Below, piece after piece: positions 19,180-28,670 of a DNA stretch of 64,000 nucleotides. The stretch is from Patescibacteria group bacterium UBA4787 (GTDB taxonomy: Bacteria > Patescibacteriota > Patescibacteriia > UBA2591 > UBA4787): positions 155,670 to 219,669 of the forward strand of contig DHGX01000004.1 of the NCBI GenBank assembly GCA_002402995.1, written 5' to 3'. The notes below the pieces were generated by a model. That model did not search any database and was not told the origin of the DNA. It saw nothing but the letters and a program-made list of their open reading frames with translations. Position 1 is the first letter of the stretch, and every line of letters starts with the position of its first letter. The position numbers and the translations under genes are program-made.

Positions 19180-20323
19180 CGATTATTTCTTGATAAACTT
19201 CGCTTAAAGATTGATTGGTTAAGTTAATATTAAATATTTTCTGGGCTATTCCTCTCCCCTGTTGTCCCAATTTCTCACAGAGTTGGAAGTTAGAATACAG
19301 CTTCATAATTTTATCCTTGAGGTCGATGATATCGTTTGGTTCAACCAATAAGCCGTTGATATCCTTATAAACCAAACTGCGGGGGCCCGGCAGATTAGAA
19401 ACTATAATCGCTTTGCCACAAGCCATTGCTTCAATCAAAACAATACCGAAGGCTTCGGAATTATCAACCGAAGGAAGAATAACCGCGTTGGCAAGATTAT
19501 AAAAATCTACCAACGTCTCGTCGGAACAACCCCCGGCAAAGATAACTCGATTATTCAGTCCGAGACGAAGAACCAAGTTTTGATAATCTTCTCTAAGATT
19601 TCCGTCACCAACGACAATTAACTTCAAATTATCAGCCTTGATTATCGCCATTGCTTTAATTAAATTATGTAGACCCTTAAAATAATGGGCTTGATCTAAA
19701 CCGCCCACGAACAAAACGATAAAGTCTTTTTGACTAATCTGATATTTTAAAATTAAATCTTGATTTTTATTTCTGGGTTTAAAAAAATCGACATCAACGC
19801 CGAAAGGTATAAATTTTATTTTATTTTTTTCTTTTTTGATATATTTCGCTAATAACGAAAAATTGGCATAATCTTCCGAAGAAAAAATAATTCGAGAAGC
19901 TTTTTTGACTGCCGTTGAAAGAAAAAATTGATTATATAGTTTAAAAAATATTTTTTTAAATCCCCTTCCCACTAAATCCATGTGATATTGCACAACAATA
20001 GGCGGCTCAATCAAATACTTCATCAATAAAATTCTTTCCCCCGTGCCAATAAATGGCCAGTGCAAATGAATAACGTCAAAATTGTTTAATTCTTTAATAA
20101 CATTTTTGGGTAAAATAGCCGCATTGCCAAATTTCCAAAAAATCGAAATACGCCGAATATCAATATCACCTTCAAGATTGATGTTTTGCTTTTTAAAATA
20201 AAGCGGCGTAAAAACAGTAACCTTATGACCCAATTTAGCTAATCCCCTTGCTTGGGCGTAAGCGGCTCCGCCGATACCGCCGCGATAAGGCGGAAAAGTA
20301 CAAACTATATGCGCGATTTTCAT
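19163..20323 (-). CDS. GT4 glycosyltransferase
   Basis: MKIAHIVCTFPPYRGGIG, FVGGLD..KG, EAFGIVLIEAMACG; start moved to ATG 20323. Confidence 0.92.
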   Translation of the reverse strand: MKIAHIVCTFPPYRGGIGGAAYAQARGLAKLGHKVTVFTPLYFKKQNINLEGDIDIRRISIFWKFGNAAILPKNVIKELNNFDVIHLHWPFIGTGERILLMKYLIEPPIVVQYHMDLVGRGFKKIFFKLYNQFFLSTAVKKASRIIFSSEDYANFSLLAKYIKKEKNKIKFIPFGVDVDFFKPRNKNQDLILKYQISQKDFIVLFVGGLDQAHYFKGLHNLIKAMAIIKADNLKLIVVGDGNLREDYQNLVLRLGLNNRVIFAGGCSDETLVDFYNLANAVILPSVDNSEAFGIVLIEAMACGKAIIVSNLPGPRSLVYKDINGLLVEPNDIIDLKDKIMKLYSNFQLCEKLGQQGRGIAQKIFNINLTNQSLSEVYQEIIDEKRI

Positions 20324-20439
20324 ACGCTTTAAATTGGTGGCATATTTTAAATTTATTAGTATAATATAATTGTACTCCAAATACCGATATAATCAATAAC
20401 CTAAATACAAATATAAAATAATTTAGTAAATATATTGTT

Positions 20440-20733
20440 ATGGCCAGTCTAAAAGACAAAAATTTTAACATTATCGGCTACCTTGAAGGCGATAAAATAA
20501 AAAACAAAAACTGCGAGCTCAAGGGTTATGTTGAAGGAAATAAAATACAAAATACCGACCACGAGACTGTCGGATATATTGAGGGGACAGACATAAAAGA
20601 TACATCTTATAATCTTGTGGCTGACATTGAAGGCAAACAAGTAGAAAATAGAGATGAAAATATTATTGGTTACGGCGAGGGCGATATAAAATCAGGAGCC
20701 GCTTGCGCCGCCCTTTTGTTGCTGCTCAAATAA
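20440..20733 (+). CDS. Small beta-repeat (beta-flower-like) protein
   Basis: Five ~16-aa repeats (KDKNFNIIGYLEGDKI ...) and a C-terminal AACAALLLL. Confidence 0.7.
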   Translation: MASLKDKNFNIIGYLEGDKIKNKNCELKGYVEGNKIQNTDHETVGYIEGTDIKDTSYNLVADIEGKQVENRDENIIGYGEGDIKSGAACAALLLLLK

Positions 20734-21198
20734 CAACGCTTTTGACCTTATTTCATTTAACCTTCTTTTTAAATCATAAGGATTGGCGACATGAGAAAAA
20801 ATAATTTCTTCTTTCGGTCCGCCGGCAGTATTAATTGATAGACTTCCAGAACCTAAAAATATTCTTTCTAAAAAATTTTCTCGCACGCTAATGTCGGTAA
20901 TTTTCTGATAATCAATGGTAATCATTTCTGTGTTAAAAAAATGATAATAAAAAATCAGCCGCCTATCGGTTAAAAAATAAAAATAAGCGAATTTAAGATA
21001 AAAACCGTAGGCAATTAAAACAATGGCCAAGAGTAAACCCAGCCACCGCTGTTCAACAAAAATCAGAGAAATAACACCCGTCAAAATTCCTAAAAAAATC
21101 CAAAATTTGGCATAGTTTTCCGCGACACCGAATTCAATCAAAGTTTTCTCTTCGGGAAAAATAATCTTCTCTTTAATTCTTTTAATTCTTTTAATCAT
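20692..21198 (-). CDS. Bacterial PH-domain membrane protein
   Basis: Two TMs followed by LTDRRLI...IDYQKITDISV...GSLSINTAG. Confidence 0.8.
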   Translation of the reverse strand: MIKRIKRIKEKIIFPEEKTLIEFGVAENYAKFWIFLGILTGVISLIFVEQRWLGLLLAIVLIAYGFYLKFAYFYFLTDRRLIFYYHFFNTEMITIDYQKITDISVRENFLERIFLGSGSLSINTAGGPKEEIIFSHVANPYDLKRRLNEIRSKALLFEQQQKGGASGS

Positions 21199-21441
21199 AT
21201 CTATATTTCGATTAAAACATCGGCGATTTTTTGCTTTTATAGAGGCCGATCATATAGCCATTGACAAGGACTTTCAAAATTTATTCCCCCAGTCGTCGAA
21301 TTTAACTCCGTGATTAGTTTAGCAAAATATGTCCTACCTCACTACTCACTATTTCTTGTCGCTTAACGTTCCGGTTAAAATGATAATTTCTTTTGATTTT
21401 ATTTGCTTTTCTATTTGACTTAAAATTTTTATGGGACCAAC

Positions 21442-21758
21442 TTATAACCCTTTCTCCTACAAACACCACTTATAATACTCATAATAAGTGTCATAATTTG
21501 CTTCCTCTCTAAAATACTTATTAAATAAATATCCTCCTTCTGGTTTTCTTATGTTTGCTTTTTCTATTGCCTTCTCCGTCGCTTCGTTATAGCAACTTTT
21601 TTTATAATATTCGGCCTTAAAAAAACCAATAGAATGACGCACCCAACACAAAAATAATTAAAATGGCAATTCTATTCTTAACCAAAATCAACCAAAATCT
21701 TTTTATGTCAATTCTTATAATTTAATGTTAATAATAAATAAATTAAAAACTGTCTCAT
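21442..21758 (-). pseudogene. Disrupted small membrane-anchored hypothetical gene
   Basis: Reads ...IFVLGASFYWFF/LRPNIIK/KSCYNEA...YKWCL*EKGL* only with two homopolymer frameshifts and an internal TAG. Confidence 0.45.
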
Positions 21759-21771
21759 AAAAATACGATAT

Positions 21772-22821
21772 TTACCAGTTAACCAATTTCTTGATTAGCC
21801 AAAAAAATGTAGCAAAAAAATAATTTGCCAATTTTAAGCCGGGCGGGTTTTTTAATCCTTCAAAATCTATTCTGCCGGTCATATACTTTAAGACATCCCT
21901 ATCGCCTATCCTCCTAGATCTTTGAATAGCTGTCCTGGTTTTTAAAATCTTCGGCAACATTAAAACAACTATAAAATAAGATTTTATCTTATCAAAAATC
22001 CATCCGTTTATCGCGGCATAAAAAATAATCCCCAATTCCATTATTAAGAGCGGAAAAAATAATAAGCACAAAGTTCGTAAACGGTAAAATTCCAATAAAA
22101 CAATCAGCCTGTTCCGCTCCATTAAATAAAATTTCTTTCTGGATTTATTAAAAGTATATTTATGATAAATATAAGTGTTCGGCGCAACCGCCAAACTATA
22201 GCCCAAAAGTCTCGCCCGCCAAGACCAATCAATATCCTCGTGATACATAAATAATTTCTCGTCCATTAAACCAATATCCTTAATCGCTTTTACCCGCAAA
22301 AACATTGCTGCTCCCGAGGGATAAGCGATTTCTTTTATTTTATCTACCCTAAAGTCGTTAATATTTTTATGATAATCGCCGGAAACTCCGAAACCGAGAA
22401 AATGAAGAAAATTGCCGCCGGTTTGGATTAAATCTTGTTCGGGCCAACACAAAATAATCGGTTGGCCGGCAGCGACATTTTTATTTTGTTCTAAAGCGGT
22501 TACCAAATTATTAATGGTGGCATTTTCGCAGATTGTGTCTTGATTCAGCAGAAATAGATAATCATAGCCGCCCTTTGTCGCCTCTGCCATTCCCTGGTTG
22601 GCTGCTTTGGCAAAGCCCAAATTCTTTTGATTCTTGATTATTTTAAATTCCGGAAAGGTCTGGCTTAAAAAAAACAAACTTTGATCAGCGGAATTATTAT
22701 CAATTATTAATATTTCGTTCTGTACTTCTGGAGATAACTTTTGATTTTTAAGACTATACAAACAATCCGGCAAATAAGCTACGCCGTTATAATTCAAGAT
22801 CACGGTTAAAACCTTGGTCAT
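21772..22821 (-). CDS. GT2 glycosyltransferase
   Basis: VILNYNG, DNNS.D, NLGFAKAAN, LLNQD, MYHEDIDW. Confidence 0.92.
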   Translation of the reverse strand: MTKVLTVILNYNGVAYLPDCLYSLKNQKLSPEVQNEILIIDNNSADQSLFFLSQTFPEFKIIKNQKNLGFAKAANQGMAEATKGGYDYLFLLNQDTICENATINNLVTALEQNKNVAAGQPIILCWPEQDLIQTGGNFLHFLGFGVSGDYHKNINDFRVDKIKEIAYPSGAAMFLRVKAIKDIGLMDEKLFMYHEDIDWSWRARLLGYSLAVAPNTYIYHKYTFNKSRKKFYLMERNRLIVLLEFYRLRTLCLLFFPLLIMELGIIFYAAINGWIFDKIKSYFIVVLMLPKILKTRTAIQRSRRIGDRDVLKYMTGRIDFEGLKNPPGLKLANYFFATFFWLIKKLVNW

Positions 22822-23399
22822 TATTTTATAATTTTACCCATATCTCCTGCTTCAACGCCGGCGGCGTTTCCTTCGTCGGTATCAAGCTGAAAAGATAATC
22901 TATATTTATCATTAACTCTAACTAAAACATTTTTAAAAATTAATCCGCGAGGACCGTCGGTTTCGATTTTTATCAATTCCCCGTCCTTAATTCCCAATTC
23001 TTCTGCTTCACGAGGAGAAACATGAAGATGGCGCCACGCTAAAATAACGCCCTTATTCAACATAATTGAGCCCTGCGGGCCAACAACCTCTACACCAGGC
23101 GTGCCAGCCAGCTCTAACTCTTCGGAATCGTGATAAGTCGCCGGAATGCCCAATAAACGAGCCTCTGTTTTTGATAATTCGATTTGGGTGAGAGACCTGA
23201 CCGGCCCCAAAATCCTTACATTTTTAAGTTCGGCTTTGTCTGTTTTTAAGTCAACGGTTTCTTCGGCCGCAAATTGTCCTGGCTGAGAAAGCTCCTTCGA
23301 AATTTGTAATTTATAATTTTCACCAAAAAGCTTATCCAAATCTTCTTGGGATAGATGAATATGTCTGGCGGATATTTCAATAGGAATATCTTTAATCAT
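22821..23399 (-). CDS. pduL: Phosphate propanoyl/acetyltransferase PduL
   Basis: ISARHIHLS, LSQPGQFAA, RILGPVR, RHLHVSP, DTDEGNAA. Confidence 0.92.
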   Translation of the reverse strand: MIKDIPIEISARHIHLSQEDLDKLFGENYKLQISKELSQPGQFAAEETVDLKTDKAELKNVRILGPVRSLTQIELSKTEARLLGIPATYHDSEELELAGTPGVEVVGPQGSIMLNKGVILAWRHLHVSPREAEELGIKDGELIKIETDGPRGLIFKNVLVRVNDKYRLSFQLDTDEGNAAGVEAGDMGKIIK

Positions 23400-26251
23400 C
23401 TTTGTTCGGCGCTAAATTTCTGTTTAAGTATTTCTATAACCTTATTCTGAATTCCGTTAATCTCTTTTTCTTCCAGGGTTTTTTTGTCCGAATTCAATTC
23501 TATGCTAAAAGCAAAGCTTTTTTTGTCGCCGAATTTTTCGTCTTGAAAAATATCAAATAATTTAACCTCTTTAATCAGAGGGCTCGCTTCTTTTATGGCA
23601 TTTTGTATTTCTTGCCAAAGAATGTCTTTCTTAAATAGAAAAGAAAAATCGCGGGATACTGATTGATACGGCGAAAGGGGTGAATAATTAATTTTGTCTT
23701 TCGCCAAACCGAGAAGCTCATCAAAATTAAGCTCAAAGGCATAAACAGGATTTTTTAGACGTTTGTTTTCCGGAATATTAGACAATAGGCCACAAACACC
23801 GATGGGTTGATCGTTAACCGAAATTATTGAACTGTCTTTGGAATCAAAATGTTCGGAAAGTAATTTATAGTAAACCCCCTCTTGCTCAACAAGTTTATTC
23901 AAAACTTCCGGAGTCAAAAAATTCCATTTAGAATTATTTATGCCCAATTCATTTAAAATTTGCTCTACTACGCCCTTAATAACCGCGAAGGGATTTTTAT
24001 GAGCTTCGTTGATTAAGCCGGAAATAACCTTGGGTTGTCGTACGCCTTGTCCAATCTTAAAAAACACGCGTCCTAATTCAAAAATTCTGAAATTCTCATA
24101 GTTATAGATATTTTTCTCGATGGCCGATTCAAGGCCAAACATCATATTGAACCGCAGTAAACCTATCTCTGCAGCTAATGGATTAAGCAACGGGATAACA
24201 TTTTTCCTAAGAGCCGAATTAATTTTTGAAGCTTGATCAATAAAACTGACGCTATAAATTTCGTCAAAACCCAACGCCGCTAACAAATTTTTGATTTTGT
24301 TGTTTAAAAATACTTCCGGAGAAAGAGTTAATGGAACAATGGCGCTGGTGGCCGGTTTAGATAATAAATTATCGAGGCCACAAATCTTAACAATTTCTTC
24401 GGCTAAATCTTCGTTAGTTTTCAAATCTACTCGAGATAAAGAGATGTCCGCGAGCCAGCCTGTTTCTGCGCTTAAAATACGGTGCGCGCCTCTAAATTCA
24501 GTTTCTTTAATAAATTTATTTAAATTTTCTATAACTACTTTTCTTTGCTTGCTGCTGGCGTGAAGAACTTTATTTTTTCCCCAGAATATACCTACATGCC
24601 CGACTCCATTTTTATGTTTTTCGTTGATGTGCGGTTTAAGGCCTCGAGTAAAAAGCAAATCCCCGATTTTTAATGTTTTTAAATTATCGATTATTTCTCC
24701 TTGTTCAATTTGCTCAATGGTTAACCGCGGCAATTCAATCCCCAATTGCCGATATAGATATCGCGCCAAACTCGAACAGTCAAATAATTTAGGCGCGTCT
24801 AGAAAAGTGCTGGCGCCGTATTGATAGGTTGCGCCAATTAATGATTTGCCAATACTTATAAGCCTTTTTCGCAAATCTACGCGTTGCAATTTAATGCCCA
24901 ATCTTTTAAGGAAATTAAGATAAGTCTTGTCCGGCAAATCACATCCGATTAAACGATTTAAATATTCAAAATCAGCCAATATATATTTTTTATTGGTTAA
25001 AATCGCCAGGCCCTCACGGCTTGTTAAGTCGCGAACTTCGCCCACCTTGCCCCCAACCATTTCTAAAATTAAATTTACCGCGCGCCACAATCCTTCTTCT
25101 GCCAAAACTATCGGCAAACCCTTTTCAAATCGCGTGGCCGCTTCTGTCCTTAAGGCCAATCGATGCGAGGTTTTCCTGATGGCAACAGGATTGAAGTTAG
25201 CTGATTCAATGACAATATTTTTTGTTTTTTCGTTAATGCCCGAACCCTCTCCTCCCATGATACCGGCCAAAGCCAATGATTTATTGGGATCAGCGATCAA
25301 TAAATCATTTTCTTCCAAACTTCTTTCTATGCCATCGAGTGTTTTCGTTTTTTCTCCGGTTTTAGCTTCCCGAATAATAATTTCGTGATTCTCTAATAGA
25401 TCATAATCAAAAGCATGCAATGGTTGGCCCAATTCTAATAAAATATAATTGGTAATATCAACAATATTATTAATCGGCCGTAAGCCCAATGCTCTTAATC
25501 GCCTCTGTAACCAAGACGGCGAAGGCTTGATTTTTATTCCCTCAATGGTTATTGCCATATACCGCGGGCACGAATTTTTGGCCTCAAGTCTGACATGAAG
25601 CGGCAGATTATTTTTACTCTTAATTTTTTTAAAGAGAATGTTCTTTATGAGCAAATTTTTAATAATAGATATTTCCTTGGCAACGCCGTAATGCGAAAAT
25701 AAATCTGGCCGATTAGCCAGGGGCTTGTTTTCTAAATCTAAAATCGCGTCTTCTAAACCTAATATTTCTGTTATTCTCTGGCCAATTTTCGCTTGTGAAT
25801 CCAAAATCATTATACCAGTATGATCGTCCCCTAAGCCGAGCTCGTCTTCAGCGCAAAGCATGCCTTCTGACTTTATACCGCGGATTATAGATTCTTTAAT
25901 TTCTAGCCCGCCAGATAATTTAGCGCCGATTAAGGCTAATGGAACTTTTTGGCCCACCTTTATATTCGACGCTCCGCACACAATATTAAGAATCTTTTCT
26001 TTTCGGTTTTCTACGGATTTAACTATGGCTATCTGCAAACGATCCGCGTTTGGGTGCGGCTTCACCTCCATGATTTGAGCGACTATCACTTGATCTAACC
26101 CCTGTCCTAATTTTTTGATTGATTCGACATTGCTAATATGCGATGTCAAAAATTCGGCCAATTCTTCCGGCTTTTCTTTTCCGCCCGAGACGAATCCGCC
26201 TTTGGCGGAAAAATTAACTAATTGTTTAAGCCAATTATAAGATAAATACAT
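23396..26251 (-). CDS. pheT: Phenylalanine--tRNA ligase beta subunit with an inserted NlpC/P60 domain
   Basis: SYNWL, HPNADRL, NRPDL, INNIVDITNY, GQPLHAFD, RFEKG, DL...EDLAEEI, FDX-ACB C-terminus; 951 aa, longer than usual. Confidence 0.95.
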   Translation of the reverse strand: MYLSYNWLKQLVNFSAKGGFVSGGKEKPEELAEFLTSHISNVESIKKLGQGLDQVIVAQIMEVKPHPNADRLQIAIVKSVENRKEKILNIVCGASNIKVGQKVPLALIGAKLSGGLEIKESIIRGIKSEGMLCAEDELGLGDDHTGIMILDSQAKIGQRITEILGLEDAILDLENKPLANRPDLFSHYGVAKEISIIKNLLIKNILFKKIKSKNNLPLHVRLEAKNSCPRYMAITIEGIKIKPSPSWLQRRLRALGLRPINNIVDITNYILLELGQPLHAFDYDLLENHEIIIREAKTGEKTKTLDGIERSLEENDLLIADPNKSLALAGIMGGEGSGINEKTKNIVIESANFNPVAIRKTSHRLALRTEAATRFEKGLPIVLAEEGLWRAVNLILEMVGGKVGEVRDLTSREGLAILTNKKYILADFEYLNRLIGCDLPDKTYLNFLKRLGIKLQRVDLRKRLISIGKSLIGATYQYGASTFLDAPKLFDCSSLARYLYRQLGIELPRLTIEQIEQGEIIDNLKTLKIGDLLFTRGLKPHINEKHKNGVGHVGIFWGKNKVLHASSKQRKVVIENLNKFIKETEFRGAHRILSAETGWLADISLSRVDLKTNEDLAEEIVKICGLDNLLSKPATSAIVPLTLSPEVFLNNKIKNLLAALGFDEIYSVSFIDQASKINSALRKNVIPLLNPLAAEIGLLRFNMMFGLESAIEKNIYNYENFRIFELGRVFFKIGQGVRQPKVISGLINEAHKNPFAVIKGVVEQILNELGINNSKWNFLTPEVLNKLVEQEGVYYKLLSEHFDSKDSSIISVNDQPIGVCGLLSNIPENKRLKNPVYAFELNFDELLGLAKDKINYSPLSPYQSVSRDFSFLFKKDILWQEIQNAIKEASPLIKEVKLFDIFQDEKFGDKKSFAFSIELNSDKKTLEEKEINGIQNKVIEILKQKFSAEQR
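24472..24878 (-). other. NlpC/P60 (C40 peptidase) domain embedded in the PheT B5 domain
   Basis: LIGATYQYGA...FDCSSL...LPR...EQ...G...GDLLF...GHVGI...VLHAS; Cys-His-His triad present; boundaries approximate. Confidence 0.85.
26180..26209. mobile_element. 30-bp double-hairpin element inserted in frame in pheT
   Basis: Coding strand TCCGCCAAAGGCGGA-TTCGTCTCGGGCGGA encodes SAKGGFVSGG; removal gives WLKQLVNFKEKPEELAEFL. Confidence 0.75.
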
Positions 26252-26267
26252 AGGTAAAATTTAAAAA

Positions 26268-28628
26268 CTATCTTACGGTAACCATAGCCTTAACTATATC
26301 CTTCTTCTCTGGATTATTTAATGAAGTGAAAGTAATAGGAATTTCTAAAGTATATGGTTCGTTATCCAATAATCTAGTTAGGGTTACCTCTAATCTTATT
26401 TCTTTGTCTAATCCGCTACTTAAGGTTCCAGTGAGCCAGCCCTCGTTAATTACCGCATTAGTAATATCGTTGCCACCCTCTAAAACATTATAATAGCGTA
26501 TCTCCCATGGATCATTTCCTGCTGGTCCGCTGATAATAAATTGGTCCGGATCGCTGCCATCATTCTGAGCCCTAAGATTAAAAGAAATTTTTTCGCCGGC
26601 ATGAATATTCTGTTTTTTAGTCTGTCCCTCGCCGTCAAGATTATAAATAGTGTCGCCCAAATAATCTAAATCGTTTGGATTTTTAATTTGTCCGTCCGGC
26701 TGATATTTAATTTCTCGGTTTAAGGTTTTTTTTAAATCTTTAAGTTTATCGCTAAAAAAATACCAAATCAATAAACCGATAATCAATAATCCAAATACGA
26801 TATAAATTAGAACCATTAAAATAGCGGTTTGCGACTTTAGGACAACGTTATAAATTAAAGATTTTCCATTTGTAATATATAGGTCTTGGGATTTAAAGGT
26901 TTTATAATCCTTCTCTTCGACGAACAAACGATAAACACCTGGCTTTACCATGAATGGTTGATATTCTCCGTTGCTATTAGTAATAGTTGAGGCAGCGACC
27001 AAAGAGCATTTGTTATTTGAACAATCCATTAAATCAACCTTGACGTTGGCCAATCTGTTTTTTGTTTTTTGGCTATACACATAACCGACGGGGCCAACCA
27101 GAAATTTGTCTTCTTCAAATATTTTTCCATTGCCCATCGTTTTAAGAGTATAAACTCCTGTTTTATCCAAAGATTCTGGTGGGAGAACAAATAAAACATA
27201 TCCGGCTTCGTTGCTACGATAAATAAATTCTGTTTCTTCGTCGTCGGGATTAACTAAAACATAATGAATCGCTTGATCGGGAATAATTTCCTTAAGCGCG
27301 TTTACTGTTGGTCCGGTAATTATTTTATGTCCTGGGATTGAACCGTTTAATAATATTTCTGTTTGGCCAATTTCGGCGCCATCCCATAAACCATCCTCGT
27401 CTGTATCCTTTTTACGCGGATCTGTATTCTGCTGATATTCGCCGAGATTAACCAGACCATCACCGTCCGGATCTAACATCGCGTCATTGGGATCTCTTGG
27501 GTTAAGCTTATTCTTTCTTTCCCAAAGATCCGGTATCTTGTCTTGATCCGCGTCTATATCACAAATCACGCGCCCCTTAACAATATCAATTAAGCCCGGC
27601 CCCTGAATCGAACTGATAATTAATAAAAATTCTTGCAAATCTTGATTGTTGGCATTTTCCGGCAAACTAATTATGGCTGATAGATTTTTAGAATTGTCTG
27701 GTTTTAGCTTCAACGAATATTGACCTTCTATAATTTGCTTAGTAATATCCTTGCCACCATCAAGATATTTTATAATCCAGGTTTTATCGGCCAAAGCTCC
27801 GCCGCGAACGACAAAATCATTAATCTTGTCGCCGCTATTGATTATTTGAAAATTAAACGTTGTGCTGTCGCCAGGATTAACCATAACGGTTTTTACTTGC
27901 GTAATCTGTGAATCATCCGTCTCAAAGATATTTTTACCCACCCAAACAGTATCTCCGCTGAGCTTAATTATAGCATCTGGTTGACTGCCATTTTTATTAG
28001 CGTTAGAAATAACATTAATGCTTTCCTCTCCGGGAACGTCGCCCGGTTGAGCGCCGCGAGCTTCTTCTGATTGAATGTCAGGGGCATTAGACGCTTGGAC
28101 GGTAAGATATATTTTAGCCGCGTCTGAACGAGCAGGATCGTTAAGCGAAGAACACCTGATAACAAAAACTTTTTCCGCGCCGTAAGAAAGCGGACTAATG
28201 GGCGTAATCCGAATTTGTATCTCGCGAGCCGCGCTAGGCGTTAAGGGCGCGGAAATCCATCCGCTACTGACCACTTGCGCCGTAATATCTTGATTGGCGG
28301 CCTCATCAAAATATTTAATATTCCAACGATCGCTACTCCCGTCACCTACGAGTTTTATTTTGTCAACCGTGGAACCGCGATTAACCACAGCCGCGGTGTA
28401 TAATATGGGATTATAATTATTGACGGTTTGATATAAAATCTCTTCGTTGCCTGTCAAACTGTAAACTTGCGCGCCCCCCCAAACCGCGGAGGAATAATAT
28501 TTGATTAAAAGATCGGGTGAATAAGCGTCTTGAGCTTTTGCCGGCGTAATAGAAAAAATCGAAAAACATATAATACATAAAACCGCCCAATAGCTTATTT
28601 TTTGGCAGCGAATATTGTTAATCGTCAT
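26268..28628 (-). CDS. Membrane-anchored surface protein with three repeated beta-rich domains, acidic Ca-binding-like repeats and a carboxypeptidase-regulatory-like domain
   Basis: Signal peptide; repeats starting YSPD, SQPD and YQPD; DADQDKIPD/DPDGDGL/DTDEDGL; TM near residue 605-625. Confidence 0.7.
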   Translation of the reverse strand: MTINNIRCQKISYWAVLCIICFSIFSITPAKAQDAYSPDLLIKYYSSAVWGGAQVYSLTGNEEILYQTVNNYNPILYTAAVVNRGSTVDKIKLVGDGSSDRWNIKYFDEAANQDITAQVVSSGWISAPLTPSAAREIQIRITPISPLSYGAEKVFVIRCSSLNDPARSDAAKIYLTVQASNAPDIQSEEARGAQPGDVPGEESINVISNANKNGSQPDAIIKLSGDTVWVGKNIFETDDSQITQVKTVMVNPGDSTTFNFQIINSGDKINDFVVRGGALADKTWIIKYLDGGKDITKQIIEGQYSLKLKPDNSKNLSAIISLPENANNQDLQEFLLIISSIQGPGLIDIVKGRVICDIDADQDKIPDLWERKNKLNPRDPNDAMLDPDGDGLVNLGEYQQNTDPRKKDTDEDGLWDGAEIGQTEILLNGSIPGHKIITGPTVNALKEIIPDQAIHYVLVNPDDEETEFIYRSNEAGYVLFVLPPESLDKTGVYTLKTMGNGKIFEEDKFLVGPVGYVYSQKTKNRLANVKVDLMDCSNNKCSLVAASTITNSNGEYQPFMVKPGVYRLFVEEKDYKTFKSQDLYITNGKSLIYNVVLKSQTAILMVLIYIVFGLLIIGLLIWYFFSDKLKDLKKTLNREIKYQPDGQIKNPNDLDYLGDTIYNLDGEGQTKKQNIHAGEKISFNLRAQNDGSDPDQFIISGPAGNDPWEIRYYNVLEGGNDITNAVINEGWLTGTLSSGLDKEIRLEVTLTRLLDNEPYTLEIPITFTSLNNPEKKDIVKAMVTVR

Positions 28629-28670
28629 AATATAATAATATTATTTTATTGATTATTAAAATTTTGATTA

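Noticed and set aside
24472-24878. Intein in pheT
   Set aside because: No N-terminal Cys/Ser block, no His-Asn C-terminal junction and no homing endonuclease motifs; the segment is NlpC/P60-like
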